From contig CAWGRK010000010.1 in NCBI GenBank assembly GCA_963824995.1, positions 120,928-184,927 of the forward strand: 64,000 nucleotides of DNA, given 5' to 3'. The notes under the pieces were generated by a model, which saw only the letters and a program-made list of their open reading frames with translations, searched no databases and was not told where the DNA came from. The position numbers were made by a program, and so were the translations under genes. Positions 19,313-30,544 of this stretch are shown here, piece by piece. The DNA comes from an uncultured Actinomycetes bacterium. GTDB taxonomy: Bacteria; Actinomycetota; Acidimicrobiia; Spongiisociales; DATADW01. Numbering within the stretch: position 1 is the first letter of the stretch; each line of letters starts with the position of its first letter.

Positions 19313-20617
19313 TCATGTCAAGAATCCCTCGTAATTCCGCATGGTGAGCTGGCTCTCGATCTGCTTCATCGTCTCGAGAGCGACTCCGACGACGATCAGG
19401 ATCGACACCCCGCTGAGCCCGATCTGGATGCCCCAGATGATTCCTGCGATGGCAGGAAGAACCGCGATGAAACCGAGGAACATCGAACCGGGGAGCGTGA
19501 TGCGGTTGAGAATGTGCGCCAGGTATTTGGCCGTCTCCCTCCCCGGCCGGACACCGGGAATGAAGCCGCCCTGCCGCTGGATCATCTCCGCTTGGCGGGC
19601 AGGATCGAACTGGATCGACGTGTAGAAGTAGGTGAAGAAGATGATCAGTACGAAGAGGGTGACGACATACACCCAGCTCTGCGGGTTGGCCAGCGTGTCG
19701 TTGACGAACCGGAACATGCCCGCCACCACGGTGTTGTCCGAGGGGATGGCGCTCACCAGTAACGACGGGATGACGAGGACGCTGGTGGCGAAGATCACCG
19801 GGATCACCCCGGCTGTATTGACCTTGAGCGGTATGTAGGTGCTCTGCCCGCCCATCATCCGGCGTCCCCGCACACGCTTGGCGAATTGGATTGGGATCCG
19901 CCGCTGCCCTTGGTCCACATAGATGATGGCGACAATCATCGCCAGGAAGACCAGACAGATGAGGACAAACCTGATGATCCGCCCAATGGCGGCGGTCGCT
20001 CCCCAGATCTGGCCAAAAAGGAAGGGGAACTGGCTGACGATGCTGACGAAGATGAGCAGCGACATGCCGTTGCCGATCCCGCGCTGTGTGATCAACTCGG
20101 CCAGCCACATGATGAACGCCGTGCCCGCCGTCATGGTGAGCACCATCAGTGCCACCCGTCCCGCGCTGTAATCCGGGATGAGGTCGATCCCGCCGGTGAA
20201 GGCGCCGCTGTGGAAAAGGAACACGTAACCGACCGATGTCACCAGCGCCAGTCCGACGGTGACGTACCTGGTCCATTGGGTGATTATCCGCCTTCCCGAC
20301 TCACCCTCCTCCTGAAGGGCCTGAAAGCGGGGAATGACCACCGTGAGCAACTGCATGATGATGCTGGCGGTGATGTAGGGCATGATCCCCAGCGAGAACA
20401 CCGAAAAGCTCTCCAGGGCTCCGCCCGAGAACAGGTTGAGCAGGCCGTAGATCCCGCCCTGTTGTGAGACCGAAGCCACCCGCTCCACCGCGTCGAGATC
20501 GATGCCGGGAACCGGTATCGACGCCCCGAGTCGGTAAACGGCGAAGATGGCCAAGGTGAAGAGGATCTTCTTCCGAAGATCCGGGATGGTGAACATGTGC
20601 CGATAGACGGCGAGCAT
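19313..20617 (-). CDS. secY: Preprotein translocase subunit SecY
   Basis: LGIMPYITASIIMQLL, GIGNGMSLLIF, GVIPVIFA, FIPGVRPG. Confidence 0.99.
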   Translation of the reverse strand: MLAVYRHMFTIPDLRKKILFTLAIFAVYRLGASIPVPGIDLDAVERVASVSQQGGIYGLLNLFSGGALESFSVFSLGIMPYITASIIMQLLTVVIPRFQALQEEGESGRRIITQWTRYVTVGLALVTSVGYVFLFHSGAFTGGIDLIPDYSAGRVALMVLTMTAGTAFIMWLAELITQRGIGNGMSLLIFVSIVSQFPFLFGQIWGATAAIGRIIRFVLICLVFLAMIVAIIYVDQGQRRIPIQFAKRVRGRRMMGGQSTYIPLKVNTAGVIPVIFATSVLVIPSLLVSAIPSDNTVVAGMFRFVNDTLANPQSWVYVVTLFVLIIFFTYFYTSIQFDPARQAEMIQRQGGFIPGVRPGRETAKYLAHILNRITLPGSMFLGFIAVLPAIAGIIWGIQIGLSGVSILIVVGVALETMKQIESQLTMRNYEGFLT

Positions 20618-20629
20618 CAGTGCCTCGGA

Positions 20630-20657
20630 CTTCCGTCTTCCGTCTTCCGTCTTCCGT
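20630..20657 (-). repeat. Tandem heptamer (CTTCCGT)x4, equivalent to GACGGAA on the minus strand, between rplO and secY
   Basis: Four perfect copies. Confidence 0.92.
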
Positions 20658-20666
20658 CCGCGGAGC

Positions 20667-21137
20667 TCATGAAATGAGCTCCGTCGTTCCTCCTGCGGAT
20701 TGGATCTTCTCGGCGGCGCCCTTGCTGAAGGCGTGGGCTCGGACGGTGAGGGCGCGGTCGATCTCGCCCTCGGCGAGGACCTTGACCCGACCCCGCTTCT
20801 TGACCATGCCCCGCAGGCGCAACTCGTCCGGTGTCACCACCGCTTTCGCCGGGAAGTCATTGAGTCTGGCGACGTTCACCACGGTGAACGACTCCTTGTT
20901 GGGGTTGGTGAAGCCGCGGATCTTTGGAAGGCGGCGCGCCAGGGGCGTCTGACCGCCCTCGAAGTACAGCGACACCTCGCCACGCGCCTTGAGCCCCTTG
21001 GTTCCTCGACCTGCGGTCTTGCCGCGCCGTCCGCCCTCCCCGCGGCCGACCCTGATCGGCGCCTTCTTCGACCCCGGAGCGGGCTTGAGGTGGTGGAGCT
21101 TGAGCTGGCGGCGGCCGCTCGTCTCGTTCTCAGTCAT
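20667..21137 (-). CDS. rplO: 50S ribosomal protein L15
   Basis: RVGRGEG..GKTAGRGTKG..FEGGQTPLARRLPK. Confidence 0.98.
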   Translation of the reverse strand: MTENETSGRRQLKLHHLKPAPGSKKAPIRVGRGEGGRRGKTAGRGTKGLKARGEVSLYFEGGQTPLARRLPKIRGFTNPNKESFTVVNVARLNDFPAKAVVTPDELRLRGMVKKRGRVKVLAEGEIDRALTVRAHAFSKGAAEKIQSAGGTTELIS

Positions 21138-21140
21138 GTC

Positions 21141-21341
21141 TCACGACTCGTCTTCTGGGGCAACCACCACAAGGTGGTTCACCCGGTGGATCATGCCACG
21201 GATCTCGGGAGTGTCGCGATGCTGAACCGACTGACGCAAGCGGCGCAACCCCAGCGTGCGAACCGTCGCCCGGTTCTTGGGCTTCTCGCCGATGGTGCTC
21301 TTGACCAACGTCACGATGATGGTGGTATCGGCCACGCTCAC
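21141..21341 (-). CDS. rpmD: 50S ribosomal protein L30
   Basis: [30 protein letters not shown]. Confidence 0.97.
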   Translation of the reverse strand: MSVADTTIIVTLVKSTIGEKPKNRATVRTLGLRRLRQSVQHRDTPEIRGMIHRVNHLVVVAPEDES

Positions 21342-21883
21342 TCCCCGGTCCTGACTCGCATCGCCTCGGTCGAGCGGTAGGCGGCGAGCAACGCTGGTGG
21401 CACCAGATCCTCGGGTCGCTTGTTGCGGAGCTTGGCGACCTCGTCGGGGCGGCGCTGCCTGGCAAGCCCGTCGACGGTCGCCTTGGCCACGTTGAGGTGG
21501 GTGGGCGATCCGAGCGACTTCGCCAGCGCATCGCGTATCCCCGCCGCCTCCAAGATCTGACGGACGGCTCCCCCTGCGATGACCCCGGTACCTGGTGCGG
21601 CGGGCTTGAGCAGAACGCGCGAGGCGCCGTGCTCACCGATTATTTGATGAACGAGCGTGGTGCCGGCCATAGGCACAGTGAACATCGAGCGGCGGGCGAG
21701 CTCCATCCCCTTCTGGATCGCGGCGGGGACTTCTTTGGCCTTGCCGTAACCGATCCCTACCCGACCCTGGCCGTCTCCCACCACGACGAGCGCGGTGAAC
21801 GAGAACCGGCGGCCACCTTTGGCCACCTTGGCGACGCGGTTGATCTGGACGACCCGCTCGTCGAGCGCCTGTGCTTCAGCCAT
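21338..21883 (-). CDS. rpsE: 30S ribosomal protein S5
   Basis: [36 protein letters not shown]. Confidence 0.99.
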   Translation of the reverse strand: MAEAQALDERVVQINRVAKVAKGGRRFSFTALVVVGDGQGRVGIGYGKAKEVPAAIQKGMELARRSMFTVPMAGTTLVHQIIGEHGASRVLLKPAAPGTGVIAGGAVRQILEAAGIRDALAKSLGSPTHLNVAKATVDGLARQRRPDEVAKLRNKRPEDLVPPALLAAYRSTEAMRVRTGE

Positions 21884-21885
21884 GC

Positions 21886-22239
21886 TTAGAACTCCAGTCC
21901 TGCTTCTCGAGCGGCGTCCGCCAGCGCCTTGATCCGTCCGTGGAAAGCGAATCCCCCCCGATCAAACACCACGGCGCTCACTCCAGCAGCGGTGGCACGC
22001 TCGGCGAGGAGCTTGCCGACCTCGGCGGCGGTCTCGGTGCTCAGATTCCGCTCCCGCAACGCGGCCTCCTGTGACGACGCCGCAGCCAGCGTGGTGCCGG
22101 CAACATCGTCCACCACCTGCGCGTAGATGTACCGGTTGCTCCTGAACACCGCCAGACGGGGCCGCTCCACCGAGCCGCGCACGTGCTTCCGAACCCGGTC
22201 GTGGCGTCGCAACCTTGCTGCGCTCCGTGTCGTCTTCAT
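21886..22239 (-). CDS. rplR: 50S ribosomal protein L18
   Basis: [41 protein letters not shown]. Confidence 0.99.
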   Translation of the reverse strand: MKTTRSAARLRRHDRVRKHVRGSVERPRLAVFRSNRYIYAQVVDDVAGTTLAAASSQEAALRERNLSTETAAEVGKLLAERATAAGVSAVVFDRGGFAFHGRIKALADAAREAGLEF

Positions 22240-22779
22240 CGTGCGGCACCTGCCTTGCCTGCCTTGCGCCGCACAACCTCGTCGGTGTAGCGGATGCCCT
22301 TGCCCTTGTAGGGCTCTGGCGGCCGCACCTTGCGGATGTCGGCGGCAACCTGGCCGACCTTTTCCTTGTCGATCCCCGACACCACGATCCGGGTGGGCTC
22401 GGGGACCTCGAAGGTGATCCCCTCTGGCGCATCGACCCGCACCGTGTGGCTGTAACCCACCTGCAACTCAATGGTCGAGCCCTGGAGCGCCGCCCTGTAT
22501 CCGACGCCGACGATTGTCAGTTCCTTACGAAATCCCTCGGACACTCCCAACACCATGTTGGCCAGCAGGGCGCGCGACAGCCCGTGGAGGGCACGCGATT
22601 CTCGCTGGTCGTCCTGTCGGGCCACGCTGGCGTTGCCGTCCTCCACCGCGATGCCGACGCGATCGGGGAAGTCGCTGCTCCAGGGTTCCCATGGGTCCCT
22701 TGACGGTGACCCTGGACCCAGCCACGGCGACCTCGACCCCGGCAGGCACCGGGACGGGCATCTTGCCGATTCGGCTCAT
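22236..22779 (-). CDS. rplF: 50S ribosomal protein L6 (apparent frameshift near 22665)
   Basis: [15 protein letters not shown] from ATG 22779 joins, in another frame, [31 protein letters not shown]. Confidence 0.95.
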
Positions 22780-22780
22780 C

Positions 22781-23176
22781 TCACCACACCTCACACACGA
22801 TCTCGCCACCGAGGCTGCGCCGGCGTGCCTCACGATCGGTGAGCAGACCCTGCGAGGTGGATACGATGACCACCCCTAGGCCGCCCTGGGCGCGGGGCAG
22901 CTCGGAGGAGCCCCGGTAGACCCGATGCCCAGGCTTGGAGACGCGGCGGATCCCGTTGATCACCTTCTCCCGGCTTGGCCCATATTTGAGCCTGATGGTG
23001 AGCTCGCGCCCCGGCCCCTTCGGCTGGACGTCGAACGAGTCTACGAATCCCTCGGAGGCGAGGATGCCGGCGATCGCTTCTTTCATCTTCGACGACGGGA
23101 TGCTCACCGTCGGGTGGGCCACCATCACGGCGTTACGCACGCGGGTGAGCATGTCGGCGACAGGGTCGGTCATCAT
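22781..23176 (-). CDS. rpsH: 30S ribosomal protein S8
   Basis: [39 protein letters not shown]. Confidence 0.98.
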   Translation of the reverse strand: MMTDPVADMLTRVRNAVMVAHPTVSIPSSKMKEAIAGILASEGFVDSFDVQPKGPGRELTIRLKYGPSREKVINGIRRVSKPGHRVYRGSSELPRAQGGLGVVIVSTSQGLLTDREARRRSLGGEIVCEVW

Positions 23177-23177
23177 C

Positions 23178-23363
23178 TCACCACGCTGCCTTCCTGACGC
23201 CGGGGAGCTCGCCCCGCTGCGCCAGCTCTCGAACACAGATACGGCACATCCCGAAATCGCGCAGATAGGCGCGCGCCCGGCCACACCGCTTGCAGCGGGT
23301 GTAGCCACGCACCGCGAACTTGGGCTTGCGGTTGGCCTTAATTACCAATGACTTCTTGGCCAT
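23178..23363 (-). CDS. rpsN: 30S ribosomal protein S14 type Z
   Basis: 61 aa with the Zn motifs RCKRCGR and MCRIC. Confidence 0.98.
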   Translation of the reverse strand: MAKKSLVIKANRKPKFAVRGYTRCKRCGRARAYLRDFGMCRICVRELAQRGELPGVRKAAW

Positions 23364-23917
23364 CAGGCCCTCGCCTCCTGTCGGAATGGGAACCCGAAGG
23401 CATCGAGGAGCGCCTTGGCGCCCGCGTCGTCAGATGCCGTGGTGCAGATGGTGATGTCCATCCCCCGCACCGCTCCCACCTTGTCGTAGTCGATCTCGGG
23501 GAAGATCAGCTGCTCGGTGACCCCGAATGTGTAGTTGCCGTTGCCGTCGAACGAGCGCGGGCTCAGCCCGCGGAAGTCGCGGATCCGGGGGATGGCGATC
23601 GCCACCAGCCGGTCGAAGAAGTCCCACATCCGGTCGCCGCGCAGGGTCACCGAGGCCCCGACCGGCATCCCCTGACGCAGCTTGAAGGACGCGATCGACT
23701 TCCGGGCGCGGTTGACCCGCGGCCGCTGACCGGTGATGAGCGCCAGCTCCTCGCTGGCCGAGTCCACCTGCCCCGGGTTCTGGACCCCCTCGCCCACCCC
23801 CATGTTGACCACGATCTTGGAGAGCCGCGGGATCAGCATGACGTTCTCCACGCCGAGGTCCTCACCGAGCTTGGGTGCGACCTCCTGTACATACCGCTCC
23901 TTGAGCCGAGAGGTCAC
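23363..23917 (-). CDS. rplE: 50S ribosomal protein L5
   Basis: [33 protein letters not shown]. Confidence 0.99.
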   Translation of the reverse strand: MTSRLKERYVQEVAPKLGEDLGVENVMLIPRLSKIVVNMGVGEGVQNPGQVDSASEELALITGQRPRVNRARKSIASFKLRQGMPVGASVTLRGDRMWDFFDRLVAIAIPRIRDFRGLSPRSFDGNGNYTFGVTEQLIFPEIDYDKVGAVRGMDITICTTASDDAGAKALLDAFGFPFRQEARA

Positions 23918-24225
23918 AGGTCACCCCCGCACTTGCGGCAGATACGGAGCTTCTTGCCCTTGTCATCGAAACGTGCCCCGATTCGCGTCGGACCGCACTC
24001 CGGGCAGATGATCATCACGTTGGAGACATCGATTGGCATGTCCTTGTCGATGATCCCGCCTTGCATGGTGCGCCCCGTCGCTCTCTGGTGCTTCTTGGCG
24101 GTGTTGACGCCCTCGACGATCACCTTGTGTCGGGTTGGGATGACGCGCGAGACGCGCGACTCCTTGCCCGAGTCCTTGCCGGCGATCACCTTGACCCGGT
24201 CCCCCTCTTTGATCCCGAGCGCCAT
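23914..24225 (-). CDS. rplX: 50S ribosomal protein L24
   Basis: [28 protein letters not shown]. Confidence 0.98.
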   Translation of the reverse strand: MALGIKEGDRVKVIAGKDSGKESRVSRVIPTRHKVIVEGVNTAKKHQRATGRTMQGGIIDKDMPIDVSNVMIICPECGPTRIGARFDDKGKKLRICRKCGGDL

Positions 24226-24593
24226 CACAACACCTCCGGGGCGAGCGAAACGATCCGCATGAAGCGCTTGTCGCGCAACTCGCGGGCCACCGGGCCGAAG
24301 ATGCGTGTGCCCCGTGGTTGCTGGTTGTTGTCGATGATCACGCAGGCGTTGTCGTCGAAACGGATGTAGGTGCCGTCGAGGCGGCGCGATTCTTTGGCGG
24401 TGCGGACCACGACCGCCTTGACAACATCGCCCCGCTTCACCGTCCCACCCGGGATGGCGTCCTTCACTGCCCCGACAATGGTGTCGCCGAGGCCGGCGTA
24501 GCGACGAGTCGAGCCGCCCAGGACACGGATACAGAGAAGCTCGCGAGCTCCGCTGTTGTCCGCCACCTTGAGCCGGGACTCCTGTTGGATCAT
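24225..24593 (-). CDS. rplN: 50S ribosomal protein L14
   Basis: [41 protein letters not shown]. Confidence 0.99.
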   Translation of the reverse strand: MIQQESRLKVADNSGARELLCIRVLGGSTRRYAGLGDTIVGAVKDAIPGGTVKRGDVVKAVVVRTAKESRRLDGTYIRFDDNACVIIDNNQQPRGTRIFGPVARELRDKRFMRIVSLAPEVL

Positions 24594-24856
24594 CTAGCTC
24601 GCTCGACTATCTCGGTCACTCTCCACCGCTTGGTCCGGGAGATGGGCCGGGTCTCGGTGACGCGTACCGTGTCGCCGATCTTGGCCTCGTTCGCCTCGTC
24701 ATGGGCGTGGAGCTTGACGCTCCGTCTGATGGTCTTGTCGTACCTGGGGTGGCGGGTGGAGTTGCGAACCTCGACGGTGACCGTCTTGTCGCGCAGGTCG
24801 GAGACCACCACGCCAACGCGGGTCTTCCGCCGTCCACGCTCTGAGCTCTCGGTCAT
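24590..24856 (-). CDS. rpsQ: 30S ribosomal protein S17
   Basis: [32 protein letters not shown]. Confidence 0.98.
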   Translation of the reverse strand: MTESSERGRRKTRVGVVVSDLRDKTVTVEVRNSTRHPRYDKTIRRSVKLHAHDEANEAKIGDTVRVTETRPISRTKRWRVTEIVERAR

Positions 24857-25242
24857 CGTCCTCTCCTCAGTCGCCTCTTCTTCTCCTCCGGCTCCGCAGC
24901 CGGTTCCCCATCCATGGGTTCGGCAGTGGCAGCCTCGATCTCGACAGCGGCTGGCTCTGGCGCCTCTCGTGGATCGGCTTCCGCCTTCCGTCTTCCGTCT
25001 TCCGTCTCTCTGTGGTCTCCGCCCACAGAAGCTTTCCAGGCGTCGATCTCCTGCTGTCGCATCACCGTGAGGATGCGCGCCACGTCCTTCTTGACGTGGG
25101 TGAGCCGAGCCGTGTTGTCCAACTGGTTGGTCGCCAGCTGAAACCGAAGGTTGAACAGCTCAGCCTTGGCATCGTCCAACCGCTCGGTCAGTTGCTTGGC
25201 GGTGAGCTTCCGCAGGTCGGTGGCGGTGGCCTTCTCAGCCAT
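24853..25242 (-). CDS. rpmC: 50S ribosomal protein L29 with a C-terminal extension
   Basis: ATG 25242 gives [43 protein letters not shown], followed by ~55-60 extra charged residues. Confidence 0.95.
   Translation of the reverse strand: MAEKATATDLRKLTAKQLTERLDDAKAELFNLRFQLATNQLDNTARLTHVKKDVARILTVMRQQEIDAWKASVGGDHRETEDGRRKAEADPREAPEPAAVEIEAATAEPMDGEPAAEPEEKKRRLRRGR
24978..25005 (-). repeat. Tandem heptamer (CTTCCGY)x4 inside the rpmC extension
   Basis: CTTCCGC CTTCCGT CTTCCGT CTTCCGT, encoding about TEDGRRKAE. Confidence 0.88.
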
Positions 25243-25655
25243 CACGCCTCCTCTCGGGTGACAAACCGCGTCTTCACGGGGAGCTTGTGCCCCGCTTTGC
25301 GCATCGCCTCGCGTGCCAGGTCTTCGGGAACGCCGGAAAGCTCGAACATCACCCGGCCCGGCTTGACGACGGCGACCCAGAACTCGGGATTGCCCTTGCC
25401 CGAGCCCATCCGGGTCTCGGCCGGCTTCTGCGTGATCGGCTTGTCGGGGAAGATCGTGATCCAGACCTTGCCGCCACGGCGGATGGTTCGGGTGATCGCG
25501 ATACGGGCAGCCTCGATCTGGCGCGCCGTGACCCATGCCTCTTCGAGCGACTTCAACCCATAGTCGCCGAAGGACACGTTGGTCCCGCCTTTGGCCATCC
25601 CTGTTCGACGGCCGCGATGTTGCTTGCGGTACTTGGTCCGCTTTGGCATCAACAT
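25242..25655 (-). CDS. rplP: 50S ribosomal protein L16
   Basis: [32 protein letters not shown]. Confidence 0.99.
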   Translation of the reverse strand: MLMPKRTKYRKQHRGRRTGMAKGGTNVSFGDYGLKSLEEAWVTARQIEAARIAITRTIRRGGKVWITIFPDKPITQKPAETRMGSGKGNPEFWVAVVKPGRVMFELSGVPEDLAREAMRKAGHKLPVKTRFVTREEA

Positions 25656-25679
25656 GGCCGGCTCGCTTTCCTCACGTTC

Positions 25680-26942
25680 TCACTTCTCTCCGGGTTCCTC
25701 GTCTTCGGACCCGGTCTGCTCGCCGTCCGCCCTATCGATCGCCTCCGCATCGGCAACCCCGGCGACGGCTTCCTCCGACTCGGCTTCGATTGACTCGGTC
25801 GCCGTTGACTCGGTCTCGGTTGGTTCGATCTCAGTTGAGCCGATGTCCGTTGGCTCGGTCTCAGCTTGTTGGGTGTCGGTTGACCCAGTGTCGGTTGACC
25901 CGGTATCGGTTGGTTCAGTGTCGGTTGGTTCAGTATCGGTTGAGGGGGCCGCTTCCAACGCGGCGTGGTCCCCTCCGACCGCGTCGGTCGAGGTCTCGGG
26001 GACCTCGGAGTCTTCTGCGGCGGCCGAGGAAACCACCTCGTCGGTGACTACCTCGCGTTCCTCCTCATACTGCGACTGGGCTTCTTCGGGCGCGATACGC
26101 CGTAGTTCCTCGTCGCGCTTGCTTGGCTCTCGGCGCTTGCCCCCACCGGCCTCGATGAGGCGCTTGCCGCCACCGGCCTCGATGAGCCGAGGAACTTTAT
26201 CACTTCCCACCGCATGCTCCGCCCGGGATTTCGCCGGAGCCACGCGGCCGCGGCCGGCGGGACCACCGGTTGCCAGCGCCGCCTCGGCAGCGATCTTTTC
26301 CCTGGTTGCCTTTAGCGACGGGACGACATCGCCCTTGTACACCCAGACCTTGACTCCCATCGAGCCGACCGTGGTCGCTGCGGTGGCGGTCCCGTAGTCG
26401 ATGTCGGCACGGATGGTGTGGAGTGGGACGCGGCCCTCCCGGTACCACTCCCTGCGGCCCATGTCGGAGCCACCGAGGCGCCCACAGCACTCCACCCTGA
26501 CACCCTCGGCCCCGGCCTTCATCGCGGTGGCGACGGCGCGCTTCATGGCGCGGCGGAAGGCCACCCGGTTGGAGAGCTGGTCGGCGATCCCCTGGGCCAA
26601 CAACTGGGCGTCGATCTCGGGGTCCTTGACCTCGATGATGTTGAGCTTGACCGGCTTGCCGCACAGCTTCTCCAGCCCGGCCCTGAGCCGGTCGGCCTCG
26701 ACACCCTTGCGCCCGATGACCACGCCTGGACGTGCCGTGTGGACCTCGACGACGACCTTGTCCCTGGTGCGCTCGATCTCGATCCGCGACAGTGCGCCTC
26801 TCGTCAGCTCACCTCGCAGGTAGTCGCGGATTTGCCAGTCTTCGTTGACCAGTTCGACGTAGTCCTTATCGCTGTACCAGCGCGACTTCCAATCGTTGAC
26901 CACACCGAGCCGGAATACATACGGATGTGTCTTCTGTCCCAT
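25680..26942 (-). CDS. rpsC: 30S ribosomal protein S3 with a long acidic C-terminal extension
   Basis: ATG 26942 gives [41 protein letters not shown], then ~200 aa of low-complexity tail. Confidence 0.97.
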   Translation of the reverse strand: MGQKTHPYVFRLGVVNDWKSRWYSDKDYVELVNEDWQIRDYLRGELTRGALSRIEIERTRDKVVVEVHTARPGVVIGRKGVEADRLRAGLEKLCGKPVKLNIIEVKDPEIDAQLLAQGIADQLSNRVAFRRAMKRAVATAMKAGAEGVRVECCGRLGGSDMGRREWYREGRVPLHTIRADIDYGTATAATTVGSMGVKVWVYKGDVVPSLKATREKIAAEAALATGGPAGRGRVAPAKSRAEHAVGSDKVPRLIEAGGGKRLIEAGGGKRREPSKRDEELRRIAPEEAQSQYEEEREVVTDEVVSSAAAEDSEVPETSTDAVGGDHAALEAAPSTDTEPTDTEPTDTGSTDTGSTDTQQAETEPTDIGSTEIEPTETESTATESIEAESEEAVAGVADAEAIDRADGEQTGSEDEEPGEK

Positions 26943-27289
26943 CAGCGGCGCTCCTCCGCTCGATCGGCGACCACGATGGTGATGTGGCTGGTCCGCTTGC
27001 GTATCCGCGTGTAGCGGCCTCTGGCCCGCGGGATGCCGCGCTTCAGGGTGGGCCCCTCGTCGGCGAACGCCTCGGCGACCACCAGCTCGTCGGCATCCAG
27101 CGCATGGTTGTGCTCGGCATTGGCCACCGCCGAGTTCAGCACCTTGGCCACGGTCACTGCCGGGCGGCGTTGGGTGAAGGCGAGAACATGGCGCGCCTCC
27201 TCGACAGGGAGCCCTCGCACCAGATCGAGCACCCTCCGCACCTTCATCGGCGGCTGCCTCACATATTTGGCTTGCGCCCTCACCTTCAT
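26942..27289 (-). CDS. rplV: 50S ribosomal protein L22
   Basis: [49 protein letters not shown]. Confidence 0.98.
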   Translation of the reverse strand: MKVRAQAKYVRQPPMKVRRVLDLVRGLPVEEARHVLAFTQRRPAVTVAKVLNSAVANAEHNHALDADELVVAEAFADEGPTLKRGIPRARGRYTRIRKRTSHITIVVADRAEERR

Positions 27290-27573
27290 CGTCTCTTTGC
27301 TGCTTTCTCCTTGCGGGTGCCGGCATGGCCACGGAAAGTCCGGGTCGGGGCGAACTCGCCCAACTTGTGACCCACCATCGACTCCGTGATGTACACCGGC
27401 ACGTGCTTGCGGCCGTCGTGGACCGCCATCGTGTGACCGACCATCTCCGGGATGATCGTGGAGCGCCTGCTCCACGTCCGGATCACCCGCTTCTCGCCAC
27501 GACGGTTCATCTCCTCGACCTTGTCGATGAGATGGTCGTCGACAAACGGACCTTTCTCCAAGCTGCGCGCCAT
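27286..27573 (-). CDS. rpsS: 30S ribosomal protein S19
   Basis: [31 protein letters not shown]. Confidence 0.99.
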   Translation of the reverse strand: MARSLEKGPFVDDHLIDKVEEMNRRGEKRVIRTWSRRSTIIPEMVGHTMAVHDGRKHVPVYITESMVGHKLGEFAPTRTFRGHAGTRKEKAAKRR

Positions 27574-27576
27574 CGG

Positions 27577-28410
27577 CTATCTCCGTCCCTTCTTGGTGCG
27601 GCGGCGCACGATGAGGGCGTCGCTCTCCTTGCCCTTGCGGCGGGTCCGGCCCTCCGGCTTACCCCAAGGACTGACCGGGTTGCGGCCGCCCGAGCTCTTC
27701 CCCTCGCCACCACCCAGAGGGTGATCCACCGGGTTCATGGCGACACCCCTGGTCTGGGGACGGACCCCCTTCCAGCGGTTACGACCAGCTTTGCCGATCT
27801 TGACCAACTCAGCCTCCGCATTCCCGACCACGCCGACCGTCGCCCGGCAGTCGAGCGGCACCAGCCGCATTTCCCCTGAGGGGAGCCGGAGGAGGGCCAT
27901 CACACCTTCCTTCGACATGAGCTGCGCCGAGAGCCCGGCGGACCGGGCCAGCTTGGCGCCGCCACCGGGCTTCATCTCGATGGCGTGGACCGACGTTCCG
28001 GCCGGGATGTTGCGGAGAGGCAGTGCGTTCCCGGGACGGATGTCGGCCTTCCCTCCCGACTCGAGCCGATCTCCGACCTTGACTCCCTGCGGCGCCAGGA
28101 TGTACCGCTTTTCTCCGTCGACGTAATGCAGTAGTGCGATCCTGGCATTCCTGTTGGGGTCGTACTCGATGGCGGCGACGCGCGCCGGGATCCCATCCTT
28201 GGTGCGGCGGAAATCGATGACCCGGTAGAGCCTCTTGTGCCCGCCGCCGCGGTGGCGCGCCGTGATCCTGCCGTACGAGTTCCTTCCCGATTGCTGCTGA
28301 CGCGGCTCGATGAGCGACTTCTCGGGTTCGGACTTTGTCACCTCGACGAAGTCGGAAACCGTCTGGAACCGCCGTCCCGCAGATGTGGGCTTGCGCTTCT
28401 TCACTGCCAT
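27577..28410 (-). CDS. rplB: 50S ribosomal protein L2
   Basis: [37 protein letters not shown]. Confidence 0.99.
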   Translation of the reverse strand: MAVKKRKPTSAGRRFQTVSDFVEVTKSEPEKSLIEPRQQQSGRNSYGRITARHRGGGHKRLYRVIDFRRTKDGIPARVAAIEYDPNRNARIALLHYVDGEKRYILAPQGVKVGDRLESGGKADIRPGNALPLRNIPAGTSVHAIEMKPGGGAKLARSAGLSAQLMSKEGVMALLRLPSGEMRLVPLDCRATVGVVGNAEAELVKIGKAGRNRWKGVRPQTRGVAMNPVDHPLGGGEGKSSGGRNPVSPWGKPEGRTRRKGKESDALIVRRRTKKGRR

Positions 28411-28433
28411 GAGGGCCTCCTTGCGTCGGCCCG

Positions 28434-28461
28434 GACGGCGGACGGCGGACGGCGGACGGCA
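28434..28461 (+). repeat. Tandem heptamer (GACGGCG)x4 between rplW and rplB
   Basis: GACGGCG x3 followed by GACGGCA. Confidence 0.92.
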
Positions 28462-28507
28462 GTGAGAACCAGTCCGTGCGATGAGGTGGGACTTTGGGCT
28501 TTCACAT

Positions 28508-28795
28508 TCATACTCCGAAGATGTCGATCTGGTCGCCGGGGGCGAGTTTGACGAGGGCGCGCTTCGAGTCGGCCCGTCTGCCTTTCACAAATCCGGTGCG
28601 CTTTGATTTTCCCTTGCGGTTGAGAGTGTTCACCGACTCCACTTGCACCGAGAAGATCGCCTGCACCGCCTGCTTGATCTCCGTCTTGTTGGCACGCTTG
28701 TCGACGATGAACGTGTATGTCTTGGCGTCCTCGATGAGGTCGTATGACTTCTCCGACACGACCGGGGCGAGGATGACATCACGAGGGTTCTTCAC
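28508..28795 (-). CDS. rplW: 50S ribosomal protein L23
   Basis: GTG 28795 gives ..[36 protein letters not shown]. Confidence 0.97.
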   Translation of the reverse strand: MKNPRDVILAPVVSEKSYDLIEDAKTYTFIVDKRANKTEIKQAVQAIFSVQVESVNTLNRKGKSKRTGFVKGRRADSKRALVKLAPGDQIDIFGV

Positions 28796-29475
28796 GATTC
28801 CTCCTCGACCTGAGCCTCGCGCACGAAGTCGGTATCGGAAACGTCGTAACCGCCATCGCCCACCGAGCGCAGGGTTGCGGTGGTGAACACGACGGTGTCT
28901 GCCCAGAGCACGTCGTAGGCGGCGACGTGCCCGGCGCGTAGCAATCGGACATGAGGGAGATTGCGGAAGGCGCGTTCGGCGACGGTGTCGGCCGGCTCGA
29001 GCACCACCAACGCCTTGCGACCCGCACTCAGCGCTGCGAGCAGACTGACTGCGTCCTTGGTCCGCGGGGTTTCCCATGGCTCGAAATTGTCCACGACGCG
29101 GATCGCTTCTTCGGAGGCGCGCGCCGAGAGGGCGCTGCGCAATGCGAGCTTCTTCATCTTCTTTGGGGTGCGCTGTTCATAGCTGCGCGGCCGGGGCCCG
29201 AAGACGACGCCGCCACCGGTCCACTGCGGTGCCCGGATCGAGCCGTGACGGGCCCGTCCCAATCCCTTCTGCCTCCATGGCTTGCGGCCGCCTCCCCGAA
29301 CCTCGGCCCGGGTCTTGGTGGATGCCGAACCGGATCGGGCCGCGGCCAACTGGGCGGTCACGACTTGATGGAGTACCGCCATGTTGGGCTCGATCCCGAA
29401 TACGGCCGGATCGAGTTCGACCTCGCCGCTCGTCGCCCCGTCGGCACCGTAGAGAGGCACCGTGATTTCTGCCAT
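28792..29475 (-). CDS. rplD: 50S ribosomal protein L4
   Basis: ATG 29475; [31 protein letters not shown]. Confidence 0.98.
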   Translation of the reverse strand: MAEITVPLYGADGATSGEVELDPAVFGIEPNMAVLHQVVTAQLAAARSGSASTKTRAEVRGGGRKPWRQKGLGRARHGSIRAPQWTGGGVVFGPRPRSYEQRTPKKMKKLALRSALSARASEEAIRVVDNFEPWETPRTKDAVSLLAALSAGRKALVVLEPADTVAERAFRNLPHVRLLRAGHVAAYDVLWADTVVFTTATLRSVGDGGYDVSDTDFVREAQVEEES

Positions 29476-30131
29476 CAGCCGGTCCTCCCTGCCACAGGGG
29501 ACTTGACCGCCTGCCTGACCAGGACCACTGCGCCGGCCGGGCCGGGCACGGCGCCGCCGAGAAGAAGCAGGTTGCGGGTGGTGTCGATGTCGACCACCTC
29601 GAGGTTGAGCACGGTGACCCGCTCGCCACCCATCCGGCCCGCCATCGGCATCCCCTTGAAAACACGTGCCGGGGTGGCGCAAGCGCCGATCGAACCCGGA
29701 GCTCGGTGGACCTTGTGGACACCGTGGCTGGCGCCCTGACCCGAGAAGTTGTGCCTCTTCATCACCCCTTGGAAACCTTTGCCCTTCGAAATGCCGGCTA
29801 CGTCGGCCTTGTCGCCCTTGGCGAGGATGTCGGCGATGGTGATCTCGCTGCCGATCTCGTATGACTCGGGGTCATCGACCCTGACCTCGACCAGGTGGCG
29901 CGCCGGCTCGAGCCCGGCACGGGCGAAATGACCCGCGGTGGGCTTGTTGGTCCGTCGCGCCGGGAGTTCCTTGTAGGAGATCTGAATGGCTCCGTACCCG
30001 TCGGTCTCCGGCGTCTTGATCTGGACGATGCGGCACGGGCCAGCCTTGAGGACCGTCACCGGCCTCGCCAGGCTCTCCTCATCGAACACCTGGGTCATCC
30101 CGACCTTCTCACCGAGAATCGCCTTCATCAT
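29475..30131 (-). CDS. rplC: 50S ribosomal protein L3
   Basis: MMKAILGEKVGMTQVF..SKGKGFQGVMKRHNF..HRAPGSIG. Confidence 0.98.
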   Translation of the reverse strand: MMKAILGEKVGMTQVFDEESLARPVTVLKAGPCRIVQIKTPETDGYGAIQISYKELPARRTNKPTAGHFARAGLEPARHLVEVRVDDPESYEIGSEITIADILAKGDKADVAGISKGKGFQGVMKRHNFSGQGASHGVHKVHRAPGSIGACATPARVFKGMPMAGRMGGERVTVLNLEVVDIDTTRNLLLLGGAVPGPAGAVVLVRQAVKSPVAGRTG

Positions 30132-30154
30132 CCCTGACCCCAGCGCAGGAGGGT

Positions 30155-30182
30155 CTAAGTACTGAGTACTAAGTACTAAGTC
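30155..30182. repeat. Tandem heptamer (CTRAGTA)x4, family B, between rpsJ and rplC
   Basis: CTAAGTA CTGAGTA CTAAGTA CTAAGTC. Confidence 0.88.
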
Positions 30183-30187
30183 CTTCC

Positions 30188-30499
30188 TCATAGCTTGATC
30201 TCCACCTCGACTCCGGCGGGGAGGTCGAGCCTCATCAAAGAGTCAACCGTCTTGGCAGTGGGCTCGAGGATGTCGATGAGCCGCTTGTGGATCCGCAGTT
30301 CGAAGTGCTCACGGGAGTCCTTGAAGACATGCGGTGAGCGGATTACGCAATAGCGGTGGATCTCGGTGGGCAACGGCACCGGGCCCTTGATCTGGGCCTG
30401 GGTACGAACCACCGTCTCGGCGATCTTGCGCGCCGATTCGTCCACTACCTGGTGGTCATAGGCCTTCAGCCTGATGCGGATCTTCTGTTCTTCAGCCAA
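30188..30499 (-). CDS. rpsJ: 30S ribosomal protein S10
   Basis: [44 protein letters not shown]. Start TTG 30499 assumed. Confidence 0.97.
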   Translation of the reverse strand: MAEEQKIRIRLKAYDHQVVDESARKIAETVVRTQAQIKGPVPLPTEIHRYCVIRSPHVFKDSREHFELRIHKRLIDILEPTAKTVDSLMRLDLPAGVEVEIKL

Positions 30500-30544
30500 A
30501 GTGCTCGCTCGTTTCACTCGCTCGCTGTCGTGGGTACTCACTAC

